A stretch of DNA of 64,000 nucleotides from Octopus vulgaris (taxonomy: Eukaryota). The stretch covers positions 5,456,001 through 5,520,000 of the forward strand of contig OX597819.1 of the NCBI GenBank assembly GCA_951406725.2, in the 5' to 3' direction. How positions within the stretch are numbered: position 1 is the stretch's first letter; the number at the start of each line of letters is the position of its first letter. Made by a program: the position numbers and the translations under genes. Shown piece by piece: positions 26,215 through 38,981 of the stretch. The notes below the pieces were generated by a model. That model made no database searches and was not told where the DNA came from. It worked only from the letters and a program-made list of their open reading frames with translations.

Positions 26215-27615
26215 CTCGCAGCATAACCCGGCGTTGCCCGGGTATGTAAGAAAATTTGTCGATAAGCAATGCCCTTTACCTTTTTACCCTTTTTTGTATT
26301 CATTGAATCGTTATTTTGTAAAATGAAGCCTAAAAGGCATTAAGGCATTCAAGGAAGAACCCATGAAGAAAATCTATGACAGTCAAAGTGCATTTTCTGG
26401 TTTTGTTTAGCACACCCAACCCAGTTACGTGGGGGTAAGTATCCCAAAATGTATAAAAATGTACAAAAACGGAAAAAAAGCGGGCAGCAGTGTGAGTGAC
26501 AACAACGAAAAAGCGAAAAGTGACCAAACGGAACAAACGAATGGAAAAGGTTTTTTGGTGCAAGAGTTTGCAAGTAGCGTCCGAGGACCCTTAGGGTACG
26601 TCAAAAATTTAAGGTAAAACGTTTGGGGTGGTAGTTATAATGAAAGTTTAAACAAAAAAAGTATTCGAATAACTTGCGGCTGCAGCAGCGATTAGCAGAA
26701 GTAGGCCAACGTGTGAAGCGAACGGGTGTGAACCGAGAGAAGAAGTGGGAGTCACAAACTATACGCGCACAACTGAGTGTGTCAGTGCATGTGATTGGCC
26801 AAAGGGTGTTTAATTGAGAGCATTGTTCACCGTTTGGGGAACCAATGGGAAGAGCTGCAATCATCGTGTCAAGGACACGTGCGCACGTGCGCACACTACC
26901 GCAAACGCATCTACAGCCCAACATTGCTCGGATTTGAAGCAAAAGGAAAACATACGCCATTTCTAGTAACCTTTATGATAAAAGCGGCAAAAATGGACTA
27001 AATCGCCTGAAATCCGCCAACTATTCAACAAAAGTCAGTTTTGTAGGGTTCGCATGGTCGGTCTCAAAGTGATATGGTTTTGTCGATTTCTCCCAATACT
27101 TGTTAACTGCATTGACAAAAGGTCGTTAGTTTGACATTTAATGCAAACTTGATGTCCAACATCGGTGTAGGGAAAATCTATGTGAACTTTCAAAATATAT
27201 CGCAGAAAAATCGGTTTGCTATGTGTGCCACATATGATGTAATTAACCGATTTTTTCCAGTAATAACGTATCCTATTGGAATCAAAAGGGCCATATAGCT
27301 CCTTGGAGCAGACATGATGCTCGCTGTGAATTTCAAAAATAATTCCTGCCAATTTGTTAAAGATATTGTCGAAAATATGTCATCTTGAATTTGAACACGA
27401 TTTCCCAAAATTGCATGATTTTATCGATTTTTTTCTGATGGTAAGGTATTGCACGGAAAACTAACGTCAGAATTAAGTTCCTTAGGGTAACATTAAACTT
27501 CACCATGAGTTTGGTGAAAATCGATTGCAAGTTGCGAAAACTACAACGGAAAATGTGTTGCATATGATAAGCTTAGATTCTCGACCCCATGTCGAATTTA
27601 TCGATTTTTTTCAGA
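26215..27615 (-). mobile_element. Helitron-like non-autonomous element (3' end at left; right boundary uncertain)
   Basis: CCCGGCGTTGCCCGGG hairpin at 26227-26242 next to a degenerate CTAG, the same end structure as the copies at 43408 and 43899. Confidence 0.5.
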
Positions 27616-27618
27616 ACT

Positions 27619-27985
27619 GGCGGCGAGCTGGCAGGATCGTTAGCACGACGGGTAAAATGCTTAGTGGCATTTCGTACATCTTCATGTTCTGAGTTCAAAT
27701 TCCACCGAGGTCAACTTAGCCTTTCATTCATTCGAGGTTGATGAAATAAGTACCTGTTAAGTAATGGCGTTGATGTAATCGTCTTATCTCCTCCCTCAAA
27801 ATTGCAGGTCTTTGCGGCATTTCATCCGTCTCCATGTTCTGAGTTCAAATTCGGTCGAGCTCGACTCTGCCTTTCATCCTTTCAGAGTCGATAAAATAAG
27901 TACCAGTTGAGTACTGGGGCTGATGTAATCGACTTACCCTCTCCCCTGAAGTTGCTGGCCTTGTGCTAAAATTTGAAACCAATAT
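27619..27985 (+). mobile_element. Old SINE family C, two tandem units
   Basis: Diverged head plus two B-box/central domains. Confidence 0.75.
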
Positions 27986-28518
27986 TTATTCAAAAGAAAC
28001 ATTCGTATAAAATCAAATAAATTCAGTTTTTGGCATTTTGGGTTCTTCCTTTTCAACAGATAGTAATAGTTATTATTCATTTCCAAGTAAACTCTGATTG
28101 AGTTGACCTATAGGCTGGTCATAAAGTAGGATGTGAAAGATTTGGCTGCTATTTCTAGCAGGGTGAGTGACAGTGGCTTGGCTCTGCCGTAGTTCTGTCG
28201 TTGCTCCGTCGTTGGCTCCGAATAATAGAGGATAAAGGATTTGTTAGCCTGGCAATAAAATTGATTCAGCATTCTACGAAACCACCTTTCAACATGAAGT
28301 AGCTCATCGCATGCCATCATATATAACCTTAACTGGATATACTGGCCATGCTGGAGCACAGCTTTTAATCGACCCCCAGAACTTATTCTTTGTAAGCCTA
28401 GTACTTATTCTATCGGTCTCGTTTTGCCGAACCGCTAAGTTACGGGGACGTAAACACACCAGCATCGGTTGTCAAGCGATGTTGGGGGGACAAACACAGA
28501 CACACAAACATATACACT

Positions 28519-28569
<51 letters not shown>

Positions 28570-28612
28570 AAACAAGTCAAAATAGAAAATGCTAAAATAA
28601 TTTTATAAAGAA

Positions 28613-28660
28613 CATTTCAGTACCGGTTTCGGTCATTTTGAGACCTTTTCAACTGTAATG
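28613..28660 (-). ncRNA. Type-I hammerhead ribozyme motif, U3-A8 variant
   Basis: CATTaCAG-TTGAAAA-GGTC-tcaaaat-GACC-GAAA-CCGG-TA-CTGaAATG. Confidence 0.75.
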
Positions 28661-29124
28661 ATTAAATAATTAAATTTAGAAAAATTAGAAGAAAAGTTTT
28701 TTTAAAGGAATATTTGTATAGTTTTCAAATTTTAGTGCATTCTGCCTTTCTCTGACTCCCTTGTTTGCACTTGTGTGTTCGAGGTCGTTGTGAATTCTTG
28801 GTAGGGTAGAAGGAGAAGAGGGATGATGAGGAGAAGAGGTGGAGAAATTTGGGAGTGCCTTGATTGTCGTATTTTGAATGGTCAGTTGCAGTTCAATTCA
28901 GGAGAATATTTCTATTGAAAGGTTGGTTTATGGAATTTGCGTAGGCGTTATACTAGAGAGCATTAGTGATAAAGTTAAGAGGTAGAAGGTGGAGAAGAAG
29001 AAGAAGAAGAAGAAGAAGAAGAAGAAGAAGAAGAAGAAGAAGAAGAAGAAGAAGATGACGATGTTGATGATGATGATGATAATGAAGAAGGAGAAGGAGA
29101 AGAAGAAGATGATGATGATGATGG

Positions 29125-29155
<31 letters not shown>

Positions 29156-29374
29156 GACGATAATGATGATAATGATGATGATGAAGAAGAAGAGGAAGAA
29201 GAAGAAGAAAACAGAGAAGGGAGAATATGAATGGGTGAAAGTAGTGAGGTGTTGTATGACTTGAAGTTGGCATGTTATGGATTATAGCTGTGATTATAGT
29301 TGTGATTAGTAATGGATTCTTTGGAATGTAATATTTGTGTGTGTATATTTCTTTTATTCTAAAGTTGAGGTATA

Positions 29375-29932
29375 TTAATTGTTTGTCGTAGACCCGTTAA
29401 GAAGTGGCCTGTATTTTGTAATAAAGAGAGTTTCTTTACTTATTCGTTGTCTCGAGGTTGTATCGTCCCTAAATTGGTAGAGGGGAAAAATCCTGAAGCC
29501 TGGTGTTTTGTTGTTGGCGCTAGTATCTATGTGTTGGCTGAAAGCTATTTTTCTGTTTTGGGGAATTTTTATCTGGGATCTGTGCAGGGCCATTCGTTTA
29601 CGCAAACTATTTTTTGTTTGGCCTATGTACTGCTCTTGACACCCGGAGCAGGTTAGTGAGTATATTAGGTTCTCCGAAGCACATGTGAAGTTGCTTTTCA
29701 CTGTAAACCGTTGTCCCTGTTTGAAGGAGAACTCTGATCCCTCAATTAGATAATCACATATCCCGCAATTGGGTCTTCCACATTTTTTTACTGTCGGCTT
29801 CTGTGCTGAAGAGTGAATTCGGGCTTGTGTTAGGAGACTTTTCATGGATTTAGGCTGTCTCTTGCTTTTTATGATCGTGTGTGTTTGGAGGATTGTGTTC
29901 ATTCTGTGGTCTTTTTTTAGGAGGGGTATGTT
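29375..29932 (-). pseudogene. PLE C-terminal GIY-YIG endonuclease fragment (open frame, 5' truncated)
   Basis: CGRPNCGIC linker, FTCASENLIYSLTCSGCQEQYIGQT, LRKRMALH, KETLFI...LLN. Confidence 0.9.
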
Positions 29933-30290
29933 GTATATATATATATACACATATATACGATGGGCTTCTTTCAGATTCCGTCTACCAAATCCACTCACAA
30001 GGCTTTGGTCGGCCCGGGGCTATAGTGGAAGACACTTGACCAAGGAGTCACACAGTGGGACTGAACCCGGAACCATGTGGCTGGTAAGCGAGCTACTTAC
30101 CACACAACCACTCCTGCGCCTACTCTGCGTGTACTCTGCCTTGGATTATAGATGATCATCCAATATAAAAAAAAACGAACACAGGAGTGTGAGCTAATGG
30201 CATGAATCTAAAGGTTGAGCGTTCATTAACTTTTTGCGTACTTCATCCAGTACTTTACACTATCTACATCTATTCTTTTATTATTTTTTT

Positions 30291-30497
30291 TTTTACTTGT
30301 TTCAGTCATTGACTGCGGCCATGCTGGAGCACGGCCTTTAATCGAGCAAATCGACCCCGGGACTTATTCTTTTCTAAGCCCAGTACTTATTCTATCGGTC
30401 TCTTTTGCCGAACCGCTAAGTAACGGGGACGTAAACACACCAGCATCGGTTGTCAAGCAATGCTAGGGGGACAAACACAGACACACAAACATACACA

Positions 30498-30534
<37 letters not shown>

Positions 30535-30696
30535 GACGGGCTTCTTTCAGTTTCCGTCTACCAAATCCACTCACAAGGCTTTGGATGGCCCGAGGCTATA
30601 GTAGAAGACACTTTCCCAAGGTGCCACGCAGTGGGACTGAACCCGGAACCATGTGGTTGGTAAGCAAGCTACATACCACACAACCACTCCTGCGCC
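30291..30696 (-). mobile_element. SINE family B, part of a local tandem duplication with its flank
   Basis: Flank TACTCTGCGTGTACTCTGCCTTGGATTATAGATGATCATCCAATATAA occurs at both 30121 and 30697. Confidence 0.9.
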
Positions 30697-31058
30697 TACT
30701 CTGCGTGTACTCTGCCTTGGATTATAGATGATCATCCAATATAAGCTTTTTGCGTACTTCATCCAGTAGTTTACACTGTCTACATCTATATATATATTTT
30801 TTAAAATGCCATTTCAACTCTACACCTATAAGCTTGCAATCCTACAGTTTCCCCGCGTGGCCACATCGTCTCTATAAATATGAACAAAAAGCGTAAAGAT
30901 TATAAAGAAGCATTATTCAAATGAACAATAATGAGCAAAAATAGCGTAAAACCTATGACTCACTTATGCTGGTGTATAATTGCCTTTCAGAATATTCAAG
31001 TAATTAATTACTCGTAATAAATTATCGCTAATTAATATACGACGCAGGAGTGGCTATA

Positions 31059-31478
31059 GGCGCAGGAGTGGCTGTGTGGTAAGTAGCTTGCTAACCAACC
31101 ACATGGTTCCGGGTTCAGTCCCACTGCGTGGCATCTTGGGCAAGTGTCTTCTGCTATAGCCCCGGGCCGACCAAAGCCTTGTGAGTGCATTTGGTAGACG
31201 GAAACTGAAAGAAGCCTGTCGTATATATGTATATATATCTATATATGTGTGTGTGTATGTGTTTGTTTATCTGTGTTTGTCCCCTAGCATTGCTTGACAA
31301 CCGATGCTGGTGTGTTTACGTCCCCGTCACTTAGCGGTTCGGCAAAAGAGACCGATAGAATAAGTACTGGGCTTACAAAGAATAAGTCCCGGGGTCGATT
31401 TGCTCGACTAAAAGTGGTGCTCCAGCATGGCCGCAGTCAAATGACTGAAACAAGTAAAAGAGAGTAAAAGAGTAAAGA
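31059..31478 (+). mobile_element. SINE family B, full length
   Basis: Head to tail. Confidence 0.9.
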
Positions 31479-31850
31479 GAGACGAGGTAGGAATCCAGCG
31501 AAATACTAAAATCATCGGAGCATGGAAACGTAATTATCTGTGCAGATCGCGTGAAACGTTTCTGTTTTTATAGCATACAATATCAATGGAGGCGATTGTG
31601 GTGGTGGTCACGGTGTTCTTGTTGTTGTTATTGTTGTTAGGCCTGGTTTGTAACCATAAATTTGGAATTAAATGAAGAACAGTCTAATTAATTAATAAAA
31701 CAATGATAATGTATTGTAATTATATATGTGCTCTTTTCTGCATCGCTTGAGATGAGTGAGTGTGTGTGTGTGCGCGTGCGTGTATGCGAGTGTGTGTGTG
31801 TGTATGTGTGTGTGTGTGTGTGTGTATACACGATGTGTGTGTTGTAATGG

Positions 31851-32235
31851 TGGAAGCACTCCGTCGGTTACGACGATGAGGGTTCCGGTTGATCCGATCA
31901 ACGGAACAGCCTGCTCGTGAAATTAACGTGTAAGTGGCGGAGCACTCCACAGACACGTGCACCCTTAACGTAGTTCTCGGGGATATTCAGCCTGACACAG
32001 AGAGTGACAAGGCCGGCCCTTTGAAATACAGGTACAACAGAAACAGGAAGTAAGAGTGAGAGAAAGTTGTGGTGAAAGAGTACAGCAGGGATCACCACCA
32101 TCCCCTGCCGGAGTCTCGTGGAGCTTTGAGGTGTTTTCGCTCAATAAACACTCACAACGCCCGGTCTGGGAATCGAAACCGCGATCCTATGACCGCGAGT
32201 CCGCTGCCCTAACCACTGGGCCATTGCGCCTCCAC
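31851..32235 (-). mobile_element. SINE family A, full length
   Basis: TSD TGTGTTGTAAT at 31838-31848 and 32236-32246. Confidence 0.95.
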
Positions 32236-32444
32236 TGTGTTGTAATAGCCTGTACTGTAAAAGGTTAACGCAACTTTATGAAAGAAGTTACTTTTTTGGC
32301 AAGAATTACAGTTGTAGCAATTTGACACCGAAAATAACGTAAAGGCATTCTTTGGATTTGAAGCGCTTCATTCTAATCTAAACATTTTAAACAGTCTCAC
32401 AGACTGTAATTGGGTTATGTTGTAAAATGAGGAGAGATTTATAG

Positions 32445-32513
<69 letters not shown>

Positions 32514-32700
32514 GAGACAGATGGATATATATATATATATATATAGATACACGATATAGTGTATATTTAAACACATAAGGAATCCACTTATAGGAATTCT
32601 ACACGCTAGAAAGAACAGCTAGGTTCTATAACCCAAAAATTAGGGACAAAATTCGACAGGAACAAATTCAAAAATGAAAAATATTTTACCATCTAGTTTC

Positions 32701-32767
32701 CTGGACCAATTGGTTTCTGATTTTATTTTAGCGAGTCAAGGAACTCGCTAGGTGTGATCTTCAGTAG
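32701..32767 (-). ncRNA. Degenerate hammerhead ribozyme motif
   Basis: cta-CTGAAGA-..TAGCGAGT/ACTCGCTA..-GAAA-CCAATTGG-TC-cag; stem I and the base of stem II are imperfect. Confidence 0.5.
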
Positions 32768-33069
32768 TTTCACCTAGGGTTAAACGTATACACACGGGAC
32801 GATCAAAACTACTTGCCCCGTGTTTATAGGTCCTAACTTTTTCAAAATCTACTGCGCAGCCGCAGTCCCTCGCCGGCAATAAAAAAACCGCCAACTTTTA
32901 AAATCGATAATTATCCAAAAACTTACAATATTTAATCATATCAAAAGGAAATGTGTTTAAATATACACTATATCGCATGACTAATATATAGTCTTTTTGA
33001 CTAAATCTTTACACGTTAGACCACTGGAAATGTAAATTCTAATTAATTTCCATTTCCCTTTGATATGAT

Positions 33070-33126
<57 letters not shown>

Positions 33127-33589
33127 TGAGTGAGTGAGAGAGATAGAGAGAAAGTGAGTGAGTGAGAGAGATAGAGAGAAAGTGAGTGAGTGAGAGAGAG
33201 AGAAGCGCAATGATTCCAGCACTTGATTCGTTTTCTGCTATACATTGACTACTCAACTAGGAAAACATGCTCTAACAATCCAATAGCAGTAACATGTCAG
33301 TAACAAGTAGAGAAGACAAACTATGAACTTTGGTGGATCATCACAATTGGAGTTGGTATGGTTAAGCTATTTCTCCAACTAGTAATGTCTGTGTGAATAT
33401 ACTTAATGAAGGGAGCTAAGAACTTTTAATTAATTAAAATTTACTTGTAGTGGGGAGAAAAAAACCCCATTAGCTTAATGATTAATTTTAGTCGTAAAAA
33501 GATAGCGGAGACAACCACAAGATTCAATTTAAATTAATTAAAAACAGAATGCGGCCATGCAATAGGGAATGTGTCTGATATTCAGCAGC

Positions 33590-34180
33590 AACGGTGACAA
33601 CGCTGACACCTTTTAACATCTGACACTCCACTCATGATGACAGCGAACTTGTTGCAGTCAGGTGCTTAGAAATGGTGCACATTTTCTCTAGAGTGCTTCC
33701 TGTATTTCCCAAACAACAATATGAAACGGGTTTAGACACTATGCACACAAGAAACTTCTGGCATAGCTTTCAAGAATCAAGTTTCTTGAGAAATAACATC
33801 GTTATTAAGAGCTTGTTTATTTAAGGTACCAACAAGGTATTGTTACGGGTACTGGAACTCTTCATTCAAAAGAAGCTGAAGGGATCCAATCTTGTGGTAA
33901 AAGTCCTCTTGTATTTTAGAAGTAGCATTGGATTCTCCTTTTCTGATGTTATTTTCTCCAAAGAGTCAAGGAAGCAGAGTTGTATTTTCTGGTGTATTGT
34001 AAAATATGTCTGAATTCTTCAGTAGAGGCAACAAGGATCAGTTTTCGAGTTTCTGATAGATCAGCAAGGACTGGTAAATTAGCTTTCCTGTTAAAACAAG
34101 ATATTTCATCTGCGCCTTGTTTCCATTTCTTGACTGAGCACTTATCCCAAATTTTGGACATAAGTGACATTAAACTGTTT
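33590..34180 (-). pseudogene. Helitron RepHel N-terminal relic
   Basis: ..KCSVKKWK..NLPVL..RKYNSA / FG..KIQEDFYHKIGSL.. / APDCNKFAVI match the conserved IRxYNSxF, KIQGQxYHxIGSL and NxPxxxEVA motifs; stops and frameshifts present. Confidence 0.7.
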
Positions 34181-34392
34181 TTCAGAAGCATAGTCATACC
34201 CAGGGACATGTAAGAGAACATCTCCCTTCAACTGCTTATGTGTTTATAGCTGAAATCTAACCCTTACTGTTGTCGTTCACTAGGTGTCCCTAGTTGTCTG
34301 TTAGCACCTGTCTATTAGCATCCTGTTCACAGTGAACCTTACATTCAGTTTCAAGTGCTCTTTGAGCATCATTACTGGCAGCATTAGGAGAG

Positions 34393-34436
<44 letters not shown>

Positions 34437-34626
34437 AGAAAGTGACTAGAAATAACAAAACTTTCAACAGGAAGTAGGAGGAAATAGAATAGTAAATTAG
34501 AGATTCAGCACTGTGGTGCAGCAAAGGCAGCGATAGCTACATAAAATACAAAGAGAAAGAGGCAAATGAGGACACATACACTCAAACCTTACAAATATAC
34601 AGCATACACATACACACATATATGTA

Positions 34627-34808
<182 letters not shown>

Positions 34809-35027
34809 TATAGAGAGAGAGGAGAGAGAGAGAGAGAGAAAAAGAGAGAGAGAGAGAAAGAGAGAAAGTGACTAGAAATACAACTTTCAACAGGAAGTAG
34901 GAGGAAATAGAATAGAAATAGAGATTCAGCACTGTGGTGGCAGCAAAGCAGCGATAGCCATAAATACAAAGAGAAAGAGGCAAATGAGGACACATACCTA
35001 TAAAATATACACATACACATACACACA

Positions 35028-35084
<57 letters not shown>

Positions 35085-35416
35085 GTGGCGCATGGCTCAG
35101 TGGTTAGAGCGTCGAGCTTACGATCGTGAGGTTGTGAGCTCGAATTCCGGACCGGGCTGCGTGTTGTGTTCTTGAGCAAGGCACTTTATTTCACGTTGCT
35201 CCAGTTCACTCAGCTGTAGAAATGAGTTGCGACGTCACTTGTGCCAAGCTGTATCGACCTTTGTCTTTCCCTTGGATAACACTGGTGGTGTGGAGAGGGG
35301 AGGCTGGTATGCATGGGCGACTGCTGGTCTTCCATAAACAACCTTGCCCGGACTTGTGTCTAGGAGGGTAACTTTCTAGGTGCAAACCCATGGTCATTCA
35401 TGACCGAAGGGGGTGT

Positions 35417-35420
<4 letters not shown>
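35085..35420 (+). mobile_element. tRNA-derived SINE family D
   Basis: GGCGCATGGCTCAGTGGTTAGAGCG head, TTGTGTTCTTGAGCAAGGCACTTT core-like domain; second copy at 60983. Confidence 0.85.
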
Positions 35421-35481
<61 letters not shown>

Positions 35482-35582
35482 CATTAAAAGGCTTCCAAAT
35501 AAAGAAGCGAGTGCTAGATACACAAAAAGGGGATAAATTCATGAAAGGAATGAAAGTCAAAAACATTTACCATCTCAGCTAA

Positions 35583-35658
35583 TCCTGTACCGACGGTTTC
35601 ATCTTTTTTCTAGCAAATGAATAGAATTTTTCTGCCAAGGCCAGGATCATCAGCAGGA
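35583..35658 (-). ncRNA. Hammerhead ribozyme-like motif
   Basis: TCCTG-CTGATGA-(long irregular stem II)-GAAA-CCGtCGG-TA-CAGGA. Confidence 0.6.
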
Positions 35659-35833
35659 AGCCTTTGTAATCCCAGATGTACACATCGTTAGAAGCACGTG
35701 CAAATCTAAGAATTTATTTGGAAGCCTTTTAATGTATTTATATATGAATAATATATAGTCTAATGACTAATTCGTCTTTTGTGCTGGGTCACTGGTAATA
35801 ATAATAATTTATTTTTATTACTCTATTTACTAT

Positions 35834-35897
<64 letters not shown>

Positions 35898-36113
35898 ATA
35901 TGTGACAGCGTGTGTATCGTTGGAGATTTTCTTTCTCCGTCTTACCTTCCTTGGACCTTTCCTTTTTCTATGTTTCTGACATATATATGAGTTTCTCACT
36001 CATATATATATATATATGAGTGGACAAACGAAAGAAGGGCATTCAACCAATTTATCGGGAGTTACATGTATGGATCAAAACAGTTTGATTAAAATTCGTT
36101 GGTACCTTTTAGT

Positions 36114-36164
<51 letters not shown>

Positions 36165-36365
36165 TATATATATAGAAGAAATAGTGATAGATTATCAATC
36201 TGGGCAAAATACTTTCATAAGCTCTCTGTTGACACACCAGGCTAACAATATTAGTTAAATTAGTAAAGAACTCAACATAATCTTTTGGTAGGGTTCCAAG
36301 TTATGCTTCATAAGACTACTGGTAAGAATTGTAAGTCAAATTTGCTCCAATAAAGGAATTGTATT

Positions 36366-36510
36366 TTACTTGTTTCCTTATAGAGTGTCCTAGCTACAAC
36401 ATCGTGCCTCATTGGTAGGTTATACCAAGATGACATTTTCGGACAATTGTTTATGATGTGTGTGATATCTTCGGTGTTAACTCTACAAAGTCTGCATCGG
36501 TTGTCACATG
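36366..36510 (-). pseudogene. R4/Dong-type LINE zinc-finger fragment
   Basis: CDNRCRLCRVNTEDITHIINNCPKM...MRHDVVARTLYKE; homologous to about 62330-62460. Confidence 0.8.
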
Positions 36511-37241
36511 TATGTATGTGTGTGTGTATGTATGTATGTATGTATGTATGTATGTATGTATGTATGTATGTATGTATGTATGTATGTATGTATCTATATG
36601 TTTGTCTGTCTTTCTGTATGTATGTGTGTGTGTGTATGAGATCTCTCTTGCATAGCAAATGTTATAGCTGAGTTTGAATGGCTATATTGGTGAAGATAAT
36701 TAATTTAGTGCTCATACCTCGATCAGCAGCTCATCCTTTTGCGTCCTGCTCTCCCTGGGGTCGATATTACCTTTAATTTCTTCTGAATCATTTTTATCAC
36801 CGTTATAAAAACGTCTGTTCCTTTCTCTATACACAAGTGGCCTTGTTAAGTCATCCCCTACACAAAAAAAAAAAAAATTAATTACAATTGAGTGGCTAAT
36901 TTCTAGTATTTTTGAGACACAATTAAAATATTTGTCTATAGCCCATTAAATGTCGGATCTTTCAATATAGAGTGCCATTTGATAGCCATATCATTTAACA
37001 AAACAAGATAATTGTTTTGGGACGAAAGCTTTTAGGCGTTAGAATAGCATACCAATGTATTTGGAAGTCAGGTAAAGGTCAAATTCTATTCTTTCTCTCT
37101 TTCCTTTTGTCACATACACATGCACATGAGCGATTTTTGGTTTACATGTCAACTGGAAACATGATTTCTTACATTCATTTATTCTTTTATTTGTTACAGC
37201 CATGCTGGGGCACAACCAGTAAAAGGAAAAAAGAAACTCCT

Positions 37242-37315
37242 TAGCACGAGTGTGTTCGAACCCACGAGGACAGTGGAACTTAAGTCCAACGCCTTAACCA
37301 CTCGGTCATCGCGCT
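37242..37315 (-). tRNA. tRNA-Leu(TAA) pseudogene
   Basis: AGCGCGA-TGACCGAGTGGTTAAGGC-GTTGGACTTAAGTTCCA-...-GTGGGTTCGAACACAC-TCGTGCT-A; acceptor stem intact, variable arm largely deleted, T-arm damaged; T-run terminator downstream. Confidence 0.75.
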
Positions 37316-37792
37316 CTTTGCATCACCAGAAGGATTTCAGATTTATAATGGCGAGAGAAATAAGACTGTGTTGTCACGATATAAATGAAATGAAATAGTT
37401 ATCATGGGGAATCGAAATTGAATTGCTTAGGCTCACTTCGACTATATGACGGTATGTGTTGGCCTTGAAACATTTGGGGAAATTTTGGAATGGCACTTGT
37501 GAAGAAAGTGACTTCATCTGTAAAGAAAGAGACTTGATCTAAGACCGTGGGTTGAAACTGAAGCAATTATATTGAGGAAGAACTATATTAGGCATTTAAA
37601 AACACATACACAACCCCACCCCCAGTTAAATTCCCATTTCATTTATTTCTTGAGGTATCAAAATTTTCGTCGCACAATTTTGCAGCCTGGGCACTATTAA
37701 GTAGAGCGACAAAAATTTTAGCATTTTAAGAAATAAATGAAACGTGAATTAGTAATTTTATGTATAAAAAAATAACTATAATGGCTTTTCCA

Positions 37793-38012
37793 CAATGTGT
37801 ATAGTTGTGGAAATTAGCTGCCCAGCGGATATTATCATAAAGCTGAAGATCAGTAAAAAAGAGAATACCTACGCTGAACTATTGAGAAATCTTCAGTTTC
37901 TCAATATTATAAGTTCAGGTTTATACTTGTAATTATTGGGGTCCTGGGATATGTAACACACTGCCTAAATACCATTCTTGAGAAATTAGGCTTCTCAAAA
38001 CCAGAAAGGAGA
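37793..38012 (+). pseudogene. R4/Dong-type LINE endonuclease-end fragment
   Basis: VVEISCPAD...TYAELLRNLQ...YKFRF..VIIG.LGYVT..LEKLGFSKPERR, as at 61940-62150. Confidence 0.8.
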
Positions 38013-38139
38013 AAGGAGAAAAACGAGTGAAGATATTACGGAGGTTTTTATACATACTTCCACACATATACACACACACACACGCCAAACATGAATTCTT
38101 GCATATTCATGTTGCATATTTATACATTATGCGTGTGTG

Positions 38140-38182
<43 letters not shown>

Positions 38183-38205
38183 GCGCGCTTACACACACAT
38201 GTATA

Positions 38206-38510
38206 CATAAGTGAACGCTAGGTTAGTTAAAATAAGTTTGTGACATATTTTAACTTCTTGATGCAAATTAAGTGCAGTTACCGTGGAGAGCTAAGGCTTT
38301 AAAATCTGTACAGATTTACCTCTCTTCGGTATACCCCATTGATAACAGCTAAAGAGCGAGAGATGCGCTCGAGAATCCAATAGAGGGTAGCACTGGGCAG
38401 AAATGGTGTTCTTGCACCTTTTACCATAAGAGAGAATTTCTTCATTACAGTAACTACAGAGATTAAAATATGTCACAAACATATTTCAACTAACCAAACG
38501 TTCGCTTATG
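38206..38510. mobile_element. About 305-bp MITE-like element with 47-bp imperfect terminal inverted repeats
   Basis: 38206-38253 versus 38463-38510. Confidence 0.6.
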
Positions 38511-38566
38511 ATTAAACCCTGCTTGGCGCTGATACTGCTGAATATATATGATCTCCAATCGGAGAA

Positions 38567-38981
38567 GGCGGCGAGCTGGCAGAAGCATTAGCACGCCGGG
38601 CGAAATGCTTAGCGGTATTTCGTCTACTGCTACGTTCTGAGTTCAAATTCCACCGAGGTCGACCTTGTCTTTCATCCTTTCGGGGTCGATTAAATAAGTA
38701 CCAGTTACGCACTGGGGTCGATATAATCGACTTAATCCGTTTGTCTGTCCTTGTTTGTCCTCTCTGTGTTTAGCCCCTTGTGGGTAGTAAAGAAATAGGT
38801 ATTTCGTCTGCCGTTACGTTCTGAGATCAAATTCCGCCGAGGTCGACCTTGCCTTTCATCCTTTCGGGGTTGATTAAATAAGTACCAGTTACGCACTGGG
38901 GTCGATATAATCGACTTAATCCGTTTGTCTGTCCTTGTTTGTCCCCTCTGTGTTTAGCCCCTTGTGGGCAATAAAGAAATA
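38567..38981 (+). mobile_element. SINE family C, dimeric form
   Basis: Full unit followed by a unit lacking the A box. Confidence 0.9.

Larger units (their letters stand above)
28566..29933 (-). mobile_element. 5'-truncated Penelope-like retroelement (Neptune-type)
   Basis: GIY-YIG ORF end, 3' UTR with (CTT)/(CAT) repeats, hammerhead near the 3' end, (TA)n on both sides. Confidence 0.9.
28343..30120 (-). mobile_element. SINE family B split at its internal (TA)n by a Penelope-like element
   Basis: Tail half about 28343-28520, head half about 29934-30120. Confidence 0.8.

Noticed and set aside
28953-29273. Poly-His/Leu and poly-Lys/Met ORFs
   Set aside because: Trinucleotide repeats in the PLE 3' UTR
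36205-36312. Hammerhead-like remnants here and at 53740-53795
   Set aside because: The cores are too degenerate to call
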